DNA of 64,000 nucleotides from Chrysomallon squamiferum (lineage: Eukaryota > Animalia > Mollusca). Numbering within the stretch: the stretch's first letter is position 1; every line of letters starts with the position of its first letter. Shown here piece after piece: positions 1 through 12,290 of the stretch. A program made the position numbers and the translations under genes. The stretch covers positions 34,534,001-34,598,000 of the forward strand of contig CM022665.1 in NCBI GenBank assembly GCA_012295275.1. The letters run 5' to 3'. The notes below the pieces were generated by a model, which saw only the letters and a program-made list of their open reading frames with translations, did not search any database and was not told the DNA's origin.

Positions 1-36
1 CATAACCTAATTATTTAATTAGCCTATAGTAATTAC

Positions 37-203
37 CTTTAGCTGCAGATAAAGCAGCTCTACGTTTACAAGTGCGACTAATTTCCTTTATTGGTTGACA
101 TTTAGTTTCATCTCCTCGTTTTAGCGTCAGCGTTCTCGTCATCATGTTGGTCAGAGGGTTACACTGACTCCATGGGGCACGTTGATATTTACATGCTGCA
201 AAG

Positions 204-236
<33 letters not shown>

Positions 237-830
237 AACAAAAAAACCCAGACAAAACAAATCCTTGATGATTCACAAAGTAAAATACATTAGGAAATAA
301 ATTTTATAATGATTACGATTTAATGGATAATTCATCTGGTTAAATGAGGAGATATAACAAAATAAAATATCATTTTTGATATTTATGGTCGTATGAATAC
401 TACAATTACGGTATTTGGGTGAATTTTGAAATCTTTTTAAATGTTTTTTTTTTTTTTTTTCTTTCGCCAAAATGATTACAGTATTATGTAACGTAATTCA
501 CGAAACATTTTCGATAATTTGTTTCCAATGTCTAAAGAAACAAAAATTGTTGTAACAAAACTTTACACGTTTCGTGTGCTTGGCAGAAAAGTCGTTTGCT
601 AGTCACTTAATGGGAATATTAATTACAAAATATATTATTTTTTTATAAAAAAAAAAAGAAAGTATTTTCACGAAATGTAGACGAATGGATAGAAAATGAA
701 TAAACTTCAAATTTAGATTCTCCCCCCCCAAAAAAAATAAAATAAAATAAGAAGAAAGTAAACAAAGAATAAAGAACAACAACAAAATTAAAAAAAAAGA
801 TATTAATAATAAAAATAAAATAAAATAAAA

Positions 831-873
<43 letters not shown>

Positions 874-3800
874 AATAAAAAGCAACAACAAACCAAACAC
901 TATTTCAGTATAAAAATAAGTACCTCCTTTTCCCCCTGATCTTTGTTTACATGTTTTTCTTATCGTCTTCACACTCCTACACTTCGATCTATCGCCATGT
1001 TTTAATGTCAATGTTCGGTTCATTGTATTTGTTTCTTTATCACATTCGCTCCATGGACCTCGTTGATATACACATGCTAGACATGAAAATTATATAAAAA
1101 TGTTATCTGTATTTTATTAATTTCTTTTGATATGCAAACACGTTTCAAGTTTCAACACAAATATATACAAGCAGGCACGCACGCACACACACACATACAC
1201 ACACACACACATATGTTAACATACATATACACACATGCATATACATACAGAAATACGTATAGACAGATAAATATGTATAGATAGATACATACAGATACAT
1301 AACAGACATACAGATAACCTAGAATGACATATAAAAATAACTCACCTTTGCCTCTTGTTCCTCGTCTGGCCTTGCATTTCTTTTCGATTGTTTTCTTACT
1401 CTGACACGAAGATGAACTTCCACGTATCAGAGTCAGTTCTCTTCTCATCTTGTTTGTAGACGTATCACATTCACTCCACGGTCCTCGCTCATACTTACAC
1501 CCTGAAAAACATTAATTCATTACTTTGCATTGTATACTGTTTAACGGCTATAAATACAATAGCTAATTAATTTATTTCAAGTGTACATAATTTAATATCT
1601 ATAAATATATGAATTAAATATTCTTAATAAATTATACCGAATTTAATAACAATAACAATAAATTAATTAATATATTTAAATTGGATATTTATAGCTTTTT
1701 TTTATATATATATTTCTTTAAATATAATTTATAAAGTAAAACGTTTTTAAAATTATTTTTACAATTACTGCGCATTTAATATTAAATTACCTCCGAAAAA
1801 AAAAAAAATCATTACAACAAGAAAAAGAAATATAAACATCCTATGCCCACAACCCCTGAGAAAGAAAGAAACTCCTCCCAGCACCCAAACCAAAACGCAA
1901 AAAAGAAGTGTCTCTTCTTCCGAATGTCAGCTTGCATTGTTTTGGTCGTGTAGTCTTTATTAAAAAAAAAAATCATTAGTTTTCTATTTTTATTTTATCG
2001 TAATTGACTGTAAATAAATATTTTTTACGCATACACATACTGTTTGTCTAACCTCAGTATCCGAATAAACGAAGTATCTCTGATAGTGCACATACTTTAT
2101 TATGTGCGATCATGTTTTGCCACTCCTATTCTTAGAAAAATCCCAGCGGAAGGTAATTCAGACAGTATACAAAATCTGTAATTGATGTTATTCAGCACGC
2201 CATATACTGATTAATATTTTAGAACTTTGAAAACTGCTTCAATTTTTGTTACCCTTTTTCTTGCACTTCCTCTCGATGATTTTGTCTACAGTTTTACACA
2301 GACTGGCATCTCCAGAAACTAACTGAAGTGAAATCGTTCTCTTGTTTGTTTCAGGGTCACATGGCGATTTAATTTTTTTGTATCGACAAACTGAAATAAA
2401 AACATACAGACAAAAAGAAAATTACTAATAAAGTATTGAGTTCGAAAACTGTATTTAAAATGACTAATTTTCTAATTGTATTAGCATATTTCATGGTTAT
2501 GAAGGAATATTAGTGATGTTACATCTAGGTTTTAGCCCTCTGCAATCTCCTTACGATGTCTCAAAATAACGCCTCCTCAGACAACAGTTAATAAATAAAT
2601 AAGTCATGCGACATCACATTTTTGTACAATGAAGTGTAACGGCCGAATTATGTGGACTCATCTGGAGACAAATGTGTTTTACAGCAAGGCTGAATTCTTA
2701 ATTCCACTCTTCTCTGTTCATATCAAAATCAGTAAACAACCATTTGCTATAGAAGTATCTTACACTGTTGCTTTTTTTTTTTTTAAATAATAAAATGAAA
2801 CTGAATAATTTATTTCGTAGTGGAAATGGACAGTTTATCACATTTTAACTTCCTCTGAAGCATGGATCTCACCGCTGTTTACCTTTCTTGCATTTCTTTG
2901 TCCTGACCGTTTTTGTCTTCTTGCATTTTTGTGGATCTCCAGAAACAAGCCGAAGAGAAACTGTCTGCGTGACTGTCTTGGGATCACAGGGCGATTTCTC
3001 TTTTCTATAACGACAAGCTGAAAGAAAATATACATCATAAACTATAACAAAATTTCAGTCACTTAAAGTTATAACAATATATAATATCAGTCTCTGAAAA
3101 ATATGCATTGTCTATAAAGATATGTTTATTTATTTATTCATTCATTTATTTATTTATTTATTATAATATTATTATTTTTATATTTTATTTATTTTTTATT
3201 TTTTTAAATATTTATTTTATTGTAAGATATAATTATATAAAAATTCATTCTCTGAATTTTTTTTTTTCTAACATCAGTTTCAAATAATATATAATTTTTT
3301 CCAACTTTTGAAAAAAAAGTATATATAAATTAATAACAATAATAATAGTAATAATAATAATCAGTTTTCAACTGTCTATACTGAAATTCGATACAAAATG
3401 GATATACAGTGGTACCTCGACTTACGAGTTTTTCGAGTTACGAGCAGTCACCCAGTCTATTTTTGGTTTGAGTTGCGAGCCAAAATCCGATATACGAGCT
3501 AGCTTCAGATATGCCGCCACTAGTTTGCGCAACGAACAACATAAAATCCGGCCAGGATCCCACGTCTCACTCGTTTACATCACGTGATTACCTCGCCACG
3601 GAACCATCTCTGTTGTGTTGTGTTCGCGATTTGTGCAATATTTTGCCAAATTTCTTTTTTTCTGACCATGGATTGTAAGAAAGTGAGTGCAAAGGACAGT
3701 GCTGAGAAGAAGAAGCGGATGGTGTCCATTGACTTAAAGTTTGAATTCATAGAAAAACATGAGCGAGGTATGCATACAGTCGACTTGGCTAGGCAGTACA

Positions 3801-4769
3801 AGCGTAGTACTTCAACAATATGTACCATATTGAAGCTGATGAGTCCATAAAGGCTGTAACTCCAGCCAAAGGCGTTAAAATAATTTGTCTGGTTTCCAAG
3901 ATAAATACACTTTACAAAACCAATTTATTTCTTTACATTCTCCTTTATTTTATTTTTATGCAATATTTGTCATTTACAAATACATTTTTTCTTATTTAAA
4001 AACACGTTACAAAAAAAAAAAAAAAAAAAAAAATGGGGTGGTTTTGTGGGGCTGGAACGGATTAATGGTATTTTAGTTCATTTCAGTTGGGAAGATTGAT
4101 TTAATATACAAGCAAATTGAATTACGAGCTCGGTAACGGAAGGAATTAAACTCGTAGGTCATGGTACCACAGTATAATACTTAATCTATTGGTAATGAGT
4201 TACCTTTTCGACAGTTCTTTTCTATAACTTTGTTAGCTTTCTTACACTTCTGTGGATCACCAGAAACTAGATGGAACGTGATTTTTTGTTTCTTTGTGTC
4301 AGGGTTACAAGCGGATTTCTCTTTTCTGTAACGACATGCTGAAAGAATATGTAATATTACTTGTGGGGAACCTGCGACTTAAAAAATGGCGGAGATACAA
4401 ATTACAAATAATCTTTTACAGTTCTTCCAACCAGCCATACTAATGAAATTACTTTTATATGCTGATACCTAATGTTATCAAGTCGCGGAATGTCCGTTAA
4501 AGCACCTCAGACACATCCCGATATACGTAAAACTATAGTGTGATCATTGATCGGAATGCGAACTAAGGTAAAAAGTAAACCGAGGAAAATTAACTTTATA
4601 GTTTATAGCATATCTCATGAGTTTCATACTAAAATGAGTTTCAAGTGTTAGAAGAAAGACGAATTATTATTGTTTTAATTTACATTTAACTATATTTCTA
4701 CAGATAGTAACAGACTTTGTAGAGAAAACACTGGAATATTTGCAAAATTAATATCGTTAACCATATATA

Positions 4770-4816
<47 letters not shown>

Positions 4817-5850
4817 TTAAGTTTTAATTTTAAAAGAGAAAGAAAGAAAAAATTCACTAGTATTGCCTTTCCGATGCTTAAAACAATTAACGTCAAGTCG
4901 TATTTTAAATTACTTTTGTAAGAGACATTCTGTCAGTGATTTTTGTTTTCGTCTTCAAGTTTGATGGAACACCCAGCTGCTGGAACACTAACTGTTTATG
5001 TTAACATGGTCTCTGGCATTTCATCAAAATATTCTTTTAAACATAAATGTCACTGCTAATTAAAACAATTAAAACTATATTATCTGCACCGAAACTGCAC
5101 CTGACTTAAAAATACTTGTTTTTTTTACTTTCAAATTACATATACTTCGTTGCAGATGTTTTTACATCCATTTAAGATCATTAATATTATTATAATATTT
5201 TTACTTTTTTTTTAAACGTGACATCCCAAGATTCAAAAAAAAAAAATAAAATAAAATAAAATAAAATTCTTGACCGTGCATAAAAAGAATTGATCTAATA
5301 AATGCAATGCACCTGCTAAAAGGAATGCACTTTATCTTACCTTTGCTTTTTTTGCATTTTCTTTGAATAACTTTATTGTCTTTTTTACATTTGGCCGGGT
5401 CTCCAGATACAAGCTGCAAAGTAATCGTTTGTTTCTTTGTCGCGGGGTCGCAGGAAGATTTATTTTTTCTATACCGACATTCTAAAAAGATCAAGGTTAA
5501 TTTTCATTAAAAAGTTATCAATTTATCATTGTATTGGTCAGACCAAAAAAAAAAAAAAAAAAAAAGTAATAATAATAATAATAACAACAATAATAAACAA
5601 ACACAATTATGAATTAAGTTTTCGAAATGTTCTTTACCTTTCTTGCAGTTCCTTTCTATAACTTTATTTGCTTTCTTACATCTTGTCGGATCACCAGAAA
5701 TCAGTTTAATTGTCACAGTGTGTTTGTTTGTCTCGGCATTGCAAGGAGATCTCTCTTTTTTGTATCGACATGCTGAAATACAACGTCATGAATGTTTAAC
5801 AATACTTCAGAAAATTTTAATATTAACGATTATCAGTTATTTATTTCGGT

Positions 5851-5901
<51 letters not shown>

Positions 5902-6148
5902 GAACTGATATGCAAAGTATTAACTAGTATGCCAGTCGCACGGGTTTTGCTTGATCTAGTGGTTAACTCTTTGAACACGTTGTTAGTATGTGAGCTGGGG
6001 TATAATTGTAGAGATAAAGACAAGTGGTTTATGATTACATTAAAATAGTTTATTAAAATTTACCTTTTGAACTGGCTCTGTTTTGATTCTTGCTTAACGA
6101 AGCTGGCAGGACGATAACAAGAACCATACATAACAATATCAATCTCAT
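37..6148 (-). CDS. Secreted multi-domain pleiotrophin/midkine (miple)-like protein, signal peptide plus >=8 tandem PTN/MK C-terminal-like modules; 3' end lies outside the window
   Basis: Manual join on minus strand: 6064-6148 (MRLILLCMVLVIVLPASLSKNQNRASSK, signal-peptide-like), 5638-5772, 5341-5481, 4204-4338, 2883-3017, 2253-2390, 1346-1501, 924-1076, 37-195. All junctions are GT-AG and phase 1, giving 412 open codons. Each module exon has 4 Cys, e.g. GCKYERGPWSECDTSTNKMRRELTLIRGSSSSCQSKKTIEKKCK, which resembles the PTN/MK C-domain pattern C-K-Y-x4-W-x-E-C-D-x2-T...R...L...C...C. Confidence 0.88.
3407..4172 (+). mobile_element. Non-autonomous Tigger/pogo DNA transposon, internally deleted, copy 1 (intronic)
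   Basis: Termini CAGTGGTACCTCGACTTACGAG ... CTCGTAGGTCATGGTACCACAG are flanked by TA on both sides. The internal ORF fragment MDCKKVSAKDSAEKKKRMVSIDLKFEFIEKHERGMHTVDLARQYKRSTSTICTILK resembles a CENP-B/Tigger N-terminal HTH. A homologous copy lies at 39657-40238. Confidence 0.88.
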
Positions 6149-6535
6149 TCTAAAATATAAACAAATGAATGAACGATAACTAAGGAAGTAAGTAGTTAAG
6201 TAAGTAAGTAAATACATAAACAAGAAATGAAAAACAATCTGCTAATATCAGTATCACAGTAATAAAAAGTATAAATACTGAATCAAAGTATTATTATGCA
6301 TGTACAAGAAAAGTGGGTGTGAACAAATTCTTTATTTGGTGGGTTAACGTGCACATATTATGTCCTCTCCTCTTCCTGAACGCTTCTTACAAGTGTAGAG
6401 ACAAAGAAAAAAAAAAAAAAAAACCATATCCATCACTACTTTTTCAAAACCTGTTATGTATTTATTGTAAGTTTTTTCTAATTTTAATTTTGTCAGGTTT
6501 TCGAAAAATACTCCACATTCTTGAAATTCCAAACA

Positions 6536-7219
6536 GCACATAGTCCAATATCTTTTAGGAACTGATGCTTTTGTAGAATGTTCTAGAGCTGCTCCTCTTA
6601 TATAAGCCTGTAAGTGCATAGGTCAGCTTAGCATTTCTCAGGTTGCACAGTGTATTAATCGAGAAACTGCTTACATTATTACGATTCATTTACTTACATT
6701 TGCGGATTCTACACATGCCCAAGGTAGGTAAAGCATGGAATCAAAGTATCTTCGAATTTTACACCAGCTTATTAATTATACTTAGGCATGAACATAATGG
6801 ATCAATGACTCCATACGTAGTTTGTGCTACATGACGATCGAATTTGGAGGGACAGGTGCCAGGTGATTGCTTGACAATGCCCAACGCCAAACACAGAATA
6901 TGGAAGGAACCACTTAATCATGTGTGGTGGATATTTAAAAATTCACGAAAACGAAGAATCGACATGATATCACAAATCCAGATATTCCATTATCTATCGC
7001 TACAGTTCCACATTGCTAAAGATTCGAATCTGAATCTGAAAAATCTTACGTTGGTCGTGCTGATGAAGAAAAGAACGACTACAGCAGGGACTGGATGATA
7101 TTATTCGAGATCTCGGGCTGAAACTTCTAACTCTTTGAACGCGTAAATAGTATCTGAGATGCGGTATAATTATTTGATAAATGAGTGTGTATATGTGTCA
7201 GTGTATGTATATATGATAG

Positions 7220-7258
<39 letters not shown>

Positions 7259-8480
7259 GCATACTGATGGGATGATATTAAATTACAGATGCTAGGAAAA
7301 GGGTCCCAAAATACGTTTCGGTGAAAGATAACTGAAGTTTCTCTGCTGACATTGAGAACTTGTTTCAAGAACTGGATACTGGTCATTAAGAATAATTATG
7401 ACTGACATCTCTCCAAAGAGACATGCTCCAGAAGTCTCAAATAAGCATTCATCAATACCTGTCGGGTAGTCTCTGGATGTAAAGGAAAAGGTGAAATGTC
7501 TTCTGGAAACTAGAGACTACAACAGGTACAAATGGCAGGTATGTGGCGATTTCAAAATGATTAGCTTGTTAAAAAGACGCCAAGGATGCTCTACACTGGC
7601 TTCAAAGAAAACAGTTTATTCCAGGCAAACAGAATGCGAAGTATCAACCCTTAGTAGAATCAGAGAAAATCCTTTTGCCTCCATTACATATAAAACTTGG
7701 GCTTGTCAAACAGAGTGTGAAAACAGTGAACAAAGAAGGCGAAACTTTCAAATATATTTTCAGCTTTTTCCCACATCTGTCAAAGCAAAAATCTAAAAAA
7801 GTATTTTCACTGTACCAGATGTTCACAAGATGCTCCAGTCACAAGAATTTAAAGAAACAATAACATCAGAAGAACGCAACGTTTAGTGGTTGCTAAATTC
7901 TTTGGGAGTAACAAAAGTGGGAATTACAAAGAATTAATAGAAATATTGATGAAGAAATGTATAAATTAATTGTCTCTGAAATTGCATTTTCTCCATTGTC
8001 TTCACCCCAAGTTTTGCGAAAGATGAGCAAGATATTTCAACTTTGGAAAGCCGAGGGAAATGGGACTGCAGTATGATGGGTGACTATCTGTGTGAGTGGG
8101 TAAGTGATGACTCATCATTTCATCGACGAAAAATACGAAAATCTGTCCTTTTGTAATTCGTAATCTTCATTGCTGGTTTCTATCTGTACAGCATTACAAA
8201 TATACAGAATATCTTTGTGATATTTGTTTTTATAAATGCTGTCAAAAAATTCACCGGTATGGTATAGTGTCTTTGAATCGAAAAATCTCATAAATTCGAA
8301 AAACATTTCCTAAAAATTGTGAAGGTGAAATTCTATAACTAAAACTAACACTCTAGAAGAAGTAGCGACACTTTTTTAATCAGCACGCTTTAATTAAACA
8401 CAATCAACACAAAAATTGACAAAACAAAGAATTTTTAAATATCTATCACATTGTTGTTTTCATTTATTTTGTAATATGTG
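6536..8480 (+). mobile_element. Decayed DNA transposon with transposase pseudogene, Chapaev3 (CMC)-like; boundaries approximate
   Basis: Collinear fragments interrupted by stops and frameshifts: TPYVVCAT*RSNLEG..MP..RIWKEPLNH (6800-6920), YNRYKWQVCGDFKMISLL (7518-7570), PPLHIKLGLVKQSVKTVNKEGETFKYIFSFFPHLS (7678-7785), DEQDISTLE..GKWDCSMMGDYL (8020-8090). The family assignment is from recalled motif similarity. Confidence 0.7.
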
Positions 8481-8631
8481 CTCAGCGAACATTGATCATG
8501 TTGCTACTTAGAATCCAACAAATAAGTCAGCAACATAAAAAACATGCTTCAAATGGGTTAATACGGTGATCTACATACAAAAGAAAACAACAAAAAATTG
8601 AACAATAACACCAAAGCAAAGTAGCAGCAGC

Positions 8632-8700
<69 letters not shown>

Positions 8701-9139
8701 TATCTCAGTAAAATCGCAGTTGTAAAAAAAATTTAAATAAATAAAAAAATAAAAATTTAAAAATACTGAAAAGATTTTGATTGAGAAGACAATTTTCTCT
8801 GAGTTGAAAGAACATAACCCAGTCTTAAAAGCATTACGATAGCATCCGTAAGAGTTAATCTGAGTGAACCGCGGAATGTTTCATGTAACCAAACGCAGTG
8901 AAACATGAAAAAGTACAAACGAACAATCATGTATGGGTTCCGAGTTGCACGGTTCAGATTACCACGACAAAGTTTTCCACTGCATTTTTCATAACGTTTC
9001 TTTTTGATCTTCGGCATTTGATATATGAGTAATTATTTCTTCAACCTACTTGTGTCAGAATGTCGTCTGGTCTTAACGCGTTCCGTTTGGCATATTCACT
9101 CATTTACTTAAATTAGTCTCTCCTTTTTGAGCTTTGTGA

Positions 9140-9800
9140 ATACGTTAAGGACCTGTGAAGGCATTTAAGGACCTATGCTGTGCGATATGGAATTGTGTTT
9201 TTGTTTAAAGAATTATGTTGTTGGTTAATGGATTTTTTCTATACAAATAAAGAATTTGTAGGTTAAGGAATTGTGCTGCAGTTTATGACTTGTCCTATAC
9301 GTTAAGGAATTGTACTGTAGATTATGGAAATGCGTTATAGGTTAAGACGTGTTGTAAGGTAAACATTTTTTCTACAGATTAAGGCATAGGTTTTCAACCT
9401 GGGGGTCGCCAGTCTTTTTTCTGGGGGTCGCGAGATCGTTCTTGAACGAGGGTATGTTTTAGCTTTTCTCAGCTTGACTTGGAAGGAGGAATAAACAAAA
9501 ACGTGTAAAAACGTGTTTGGGACGCGTCACAGTGAATATAGATTCCTTTTGTACTGTCTTTGCTTGATGAAAATATGGTAACCCTAGATATTTTTGAATC
9601 AAAAATTTTAAAGGGGGCCATAAGTCATATTGAGTTGCTCATAAGGGGTCACGGTATGAAAAAGGTTGAAAACCGTTGTATGTTAAGGCATACTGTCGTA
9701 GTTTAAGGAATAGTTTTGGAGATTAAGGAAAAATTCTGTATGTTAAAGAGTTGTTTTGTAAATTAAGCAAATATTCTGTAGATTAATGAACTATATTACA
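9140..9800. repeat. Degenerate ~20-bp minisatellite (GTTAAGGAATTGTGCTGTAG-like), interrupted by a MITE
   Basis: TTAAGGAA/TTAAGGAC/TTATGGAA cores recur about every 20 bp on both sides of 9385-9678. Confidence 0.6.
9385..9678. mobile_element. hAT-type MITE
   Basis: Inverted termini CATAGGTTTTCAACCTGGGGGTCGC ... GGGGTCACGGTATGAAAAAGGTTGAAAACCGTTG, typical of hAT/Charlie ends. No clean 8-bp TSD is visible. Confidence 0.65.
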
Positions 9801-10623
9801 GGTTGCAGTTCTAAGCCTTGTTTTCCTGATTACAGATGGTTCTGCTAAACAAAATATTCAAAAACATTAATCCAAAATTAAAATTACAACAGATAAATAA
9901 AATAAAATGTTTAGATAAAAAAACGGGTTCTCCTAATACGCACTGAAGTAATCAGCAAATGAACAGAGGAAAGACAAAAATAAAAAATAAAAATATATTC
10001 AAGAACATTAAAATGCGTAATGAGAAATGACAACAAAATGTAAAAAAAACCAACAACAAAACAAAAACAAAAAAAACCCCAAAAGCAGGTTTAATGTTTC
10101 CTGTAATTACAATTTAAAACAAAAATAACTTTGGAATTCTTTTTATTTTTGTATTATTTCACAAGAAATAAAAGACAAGACTGCTTAAAAAGTGTATAGA
10201 AATTTAATAATACTCTGTTTATGTAAATATGTATACATATGCATGCATGTGCCGGTATGTGTCTGTATATGTCTGTATGTATGTATGTGTATGTATATAT
10301 ATATATATATATGTATGTTTGTTCATGTATAGATGCATGCGTGTATGCATGTGTGTATATGTGTGCATGTATGTGTTTTTATGTATGTGTGTGTATGTTT
10401 GTTTCTGTATACCTGTATATTTGTGTATGTATATATACATGTATGTATGTAGGTATGCAAGTTTGTTTATATGTGTGTACACGTACATGTGTTTGTATAA
10501 AATTATAAATATATACTTGAAAGTTCACTTGTATGGTCTTCAGCAGACCGCGACACTCTGTAACACACTTTATATATAATTGTATAATGAAGTAAGGTAC
10601 ACCTAAGACATACAGAGACTGAC

Positions 10624-10626
<3 letters not shown>

Positions 10627-10718
<92 letters not shown>
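10627..10718. repeat. (AG)n microsatellite, preceded by a long degenerate (TG/TA)n tract at 10220-10500
   Basis: About 45 perfect AG units, read directly. Confidence 0.95.
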
Positions 10719-10721
<3 letters not shown>

Positions 10722-11001
10722 AATTAATAGGTTTTTTTCGAAATGCACAATTTAAAGAGTATAAAATAGAGAACGGGGAGACTATTTTTCTGAAGGAACC
10801 TAGACGAATCTAACACCGGCTTTGATAAAGCTTATCAATGTTTTGGCATCGCCAACAATTACGAGAAAAATGTTTAAACATCACAAGAACGGTACTCACT
10901 TCTAACTCACCATTAAACAACGTATATTACGGTAATGTCACTGTAATCACATATCAAGTACAAAGTAGAAAAACGTTTCTATCACCGACATTAACACTTA
11001 C

Positions 11002-11074
11002 TTCGATTCTCTGTGGAAATCCTCTTCTTCGTCTTCTCTAATTTGTAAGACCAGATTCCTGCTTGCTATTTATA
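11002..11074 (-). promoter_or_regulatory. TATA box and non-coding first exon of the PTN/MK-like gene
   Basis: Minus-strand TATAAATA at 11067-11074, followed by a short purine-rich leader ending at a perfect GTAAGT donor (10996-11001). The ATG exon has an acceptor 1 nt before the ATG (6150-6151), so an upstream UTR exon is required. Confidence 0.65.
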
Positions 11075-11402
11075 GATTTCTCCTACAAAGACTTCCAACG
11101 CAAACCGGTGCGCCAGTGCAGCGATGTGCATTGCGATTCGTTGTTACAGCAGTGTTATTTTGTTTATAACGAGAATGAGATTATTAAGACGATAATGAAA
11201 GACAGACCGTAATTTATTAAGATAACAATCTTAATTAGAGGTAATTCTGATTTTATTTTATTATCATTTTTGTTTTATTCTTTAAAATAATAAAGAAGAT
11301 AGGGAAAATAGAAAAATCAGTTTTGTCTCATTTTGTATATATATATATTACAACGGCAACAACAACGAAACCTAAGATAACAGCAGCAGCAACAACAAAA
11401 GC

Positions 11403-11436
<34 letters not shown>

Positions 11437-11492
11437 GTAAAAATAACAGTAACAATAGCAATAAAAGTAACACATAACAATAACAACAGCAG

Positions 11493-11523
<31 letters not shown>

Positions 11524-11711
11524 AATAATAAGAAGAAGAATAATAGTTACAAAAACAAAACCTAGTCCAACAAAATCATAATAGCATACACTTCATTTCA
11601 AAATCGGTAATTAGTAAGATGAAAACATCAAACTTTAAACTAGGTAAAATTTATTTTGGAGCTGCCTAACATTGTTTAGAAATGTTTTGTGTTCGTGTAA
11701 TATTATATATA

Positions 11712-12290
11712 CAGGGTGTCCCAAAAGTAACCGAACCGCAAATTTAAATAAAATTAGATATTAAAAATAACAAATTTAATTCCATCTTTTATGTCATTTT
11801 ATGTTATCTTTTGTACTATTCATTTACTTCTGTCAGTAGTAGTATTTGGAATGATTTTTGTTACCTGATTGTAGTGTTCTTCGTGATCGAGACTTCTGTT
11901 TTAGCACGCGCTACTGGACTCTCCATGGTTTGACTTGAAATGGTACCCTCACTCTTAAAAATGCAGCGAAGAACTTTAGATTTAAACGAACGTATCTTCG
12001 TTATTAAGAATTACTATGCAATGACTAGCTACAAGCATGTTGAAGAAAGATGTGAAGTAAACTTTAGTAAATCGACAGTGTTCAATCTTGTATCCAAATT
12101 TGAAGTAACTGGAAGTGTGTCAAATGCTCCTAAAAAAGGTCGTCCAAAAACAGTTCGTTCACCTGAAAACAAGGATTTAGTGGCAGCTGCATTTGAACAT
12201 TTGTAAATACTAAATATACAGACTAAATTTGTTATTTTTAATATCTAATTTTATTCAAGTTTGCGGTTCGGTTACTTTTGGGACACCCTG
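11712..12290 (+). mobile_element. Non-autonomous Tc1/mariner element
   Basis: Near-perfect TIRs of about 67 bp (CAGGGTGTCCCAAAAGTAACCGAACCGCAAA... / ...TTTGCGGTTCGGTTACTTTTGGGACACCCTG) in TA-rich flanks. The internal fragment ERIFVIKNYY...SKSTVFNLVSKFEVTGSVSNAPKKGRPKTVRSPEN is a mariner/Tc1 HTH plus GRPK linker. Confidence 0.9.

Noticed and set aside
2838-3038. 66-aa minus ORF from the track
   Set aside because: It is in the wrong frame. The real exon 2883-3017 reads ACRYRKEKSPCDPKTVTQTVSLRLVSGDPQKCKKTKTVRTKKCKK.
37-5772. Interpreting the eight modules as separate small tandem genes
   Set aside because: Only one signal-peptide/ATG exon exists, and every module is bounded by phase-1 acceptor and donor sites without its own start or stop.
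10219-11565. Cys/Val/Tyr-rich and poly-I/L/N ORFs resembling membrane or metal-binding peptides
   Set aside because: Simple-repeat artefacts with no splice or codon support.
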